Source: Eledone cirrhosa
Lineage: Eukaryota
NCBI GenBank assembly: GCA_964016885.1
Contig: OZ024742.1
Location: 176,948,001-177,012,000, forward strand
Length of the DNA stretch: 64,000 nucleotides
Direction of reading: 5' to 3'
Shown here one piece after another: positions 63,282 to 64,000 of the stretch; position 1 is the first letter of the stretch; every line of letters starts with the position of its first letter. Both the position numbers and the translations under genes were made by a program. Under the pieces are notes generated by a model, which saw nothing but the letters and a program-made list of their open reading frames with translations, made no database searches and was not told the DNA's origin.

Positions 63282-63428
63282 ACGTATAGGTTTACCGAAC
63301 ATTTATTATAATGCTCGGTTTGATTGTAAACAAACAGCCCGAATTATTAGCCGTACAGTGTTCAGCAACCCTCGTTGCCCTTTTGTTCAACACTAACAAA
63401 GGAACCATGAATTAGTTTCTAGCTTATT
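62667..63428 (-). mobile_element. Retrozyme-like partial tandem (about 1.7 units of 412-460 bp), family G, with hammerhead at 62948-62984
   Basis: 62667-62968 is repeated at 63079-63428; minus strand GTG-CTGACGA-CAGC taataa GCTG-CAA-ACTAGT-T-CAT. Confidence 0.78.
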
Positions 63429-64000
63429 TACAGAAGTAGTATATGGTGCACTATCTCTCTCTCTCTAGTGAGTTATCTTTTCCACATATTGTATTATAAA
63501 GAACTCGGGATTCCTTCTTCTTTGAGGACATTACTGACAGGGAATAGCGAGAGTTTAAGGCTCCGTTAATTTATCGTGATATTTCGCTCCTTATAACAGT
63601 CTTTCCTCTCTCTCTGTTTGGTTGAGCACACTTCTCTGAGTATTTTGGGCTGCCCTTTCTAGCAGCTCGTTCCTCAGAGACCACTGGTTACTGCCGTAGG
63701 CACGCTGTGAATTCTCTCTCCCACGTGTGGCTGGACAGTCGCTTTAGATTCTCTTAGAGTTGTCTGAAATGTATAGCCTTACACACGCTGATGATCCATG
63801 GGCTAATCATTTCTGTCAACAACTTATTTGGCGAAACAGATCTTTTTTGGATTTGTACGTGTGTGTTAGATAGTTATCAAGGTATGTATTTACACTTTAA
63901 TTCATACTTTTAATTATTGTGTGTCTACTCTGCCTTCCATGGGCTATATATTCCATACACTGGTGGTTATTCCCTGTTTGACTGATGGCGCACTATCTCT

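Noticed and set aside
63480-64000. GC-richer segment at the window end, possibly a retroelement fragment
   Set aside because: No diagnostic motif identified within the window.

Overview
AT-rich, repeat-saturated animal DNA with no recognisable host gene. The tRNA-derived SINEs and dense TA/TAA/TACA/CA microsatellites resemble octopus (coleoid) genomes; this is inference from memory, not a search. Autonomous-type content: three decayed L1/Tx1-type LINEs (one near full length), R4/Dong-type RLE retrotransposons (one intact 1130-aa ORF at 45310-48702, minus strand), Penelope-like elements (one with inverted pLTRs, a Naiad-like partial tandem, fragments), RTE-derived pieces, SINEs, a MITE and a 37-bp minisatellite. 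The most interesting signal is about 14 type-I hammerhead ribozyme motifs, found by eye, from about 7 unrelated sequence families. Some sit in Penelope pLTRs. Others sit in small ORF-less elements next to (TA)n tracts, occurring as circularly permuted partial tandems or head-to-head fold-backs, which suggests a community of retrozyme-like (circular RNA) parasites. A covarying multi-hairpin at the 5' end of an RTE-derived element is a further candidate structured RNA. All folds and alignments were done by hand and boundaries are approximate.
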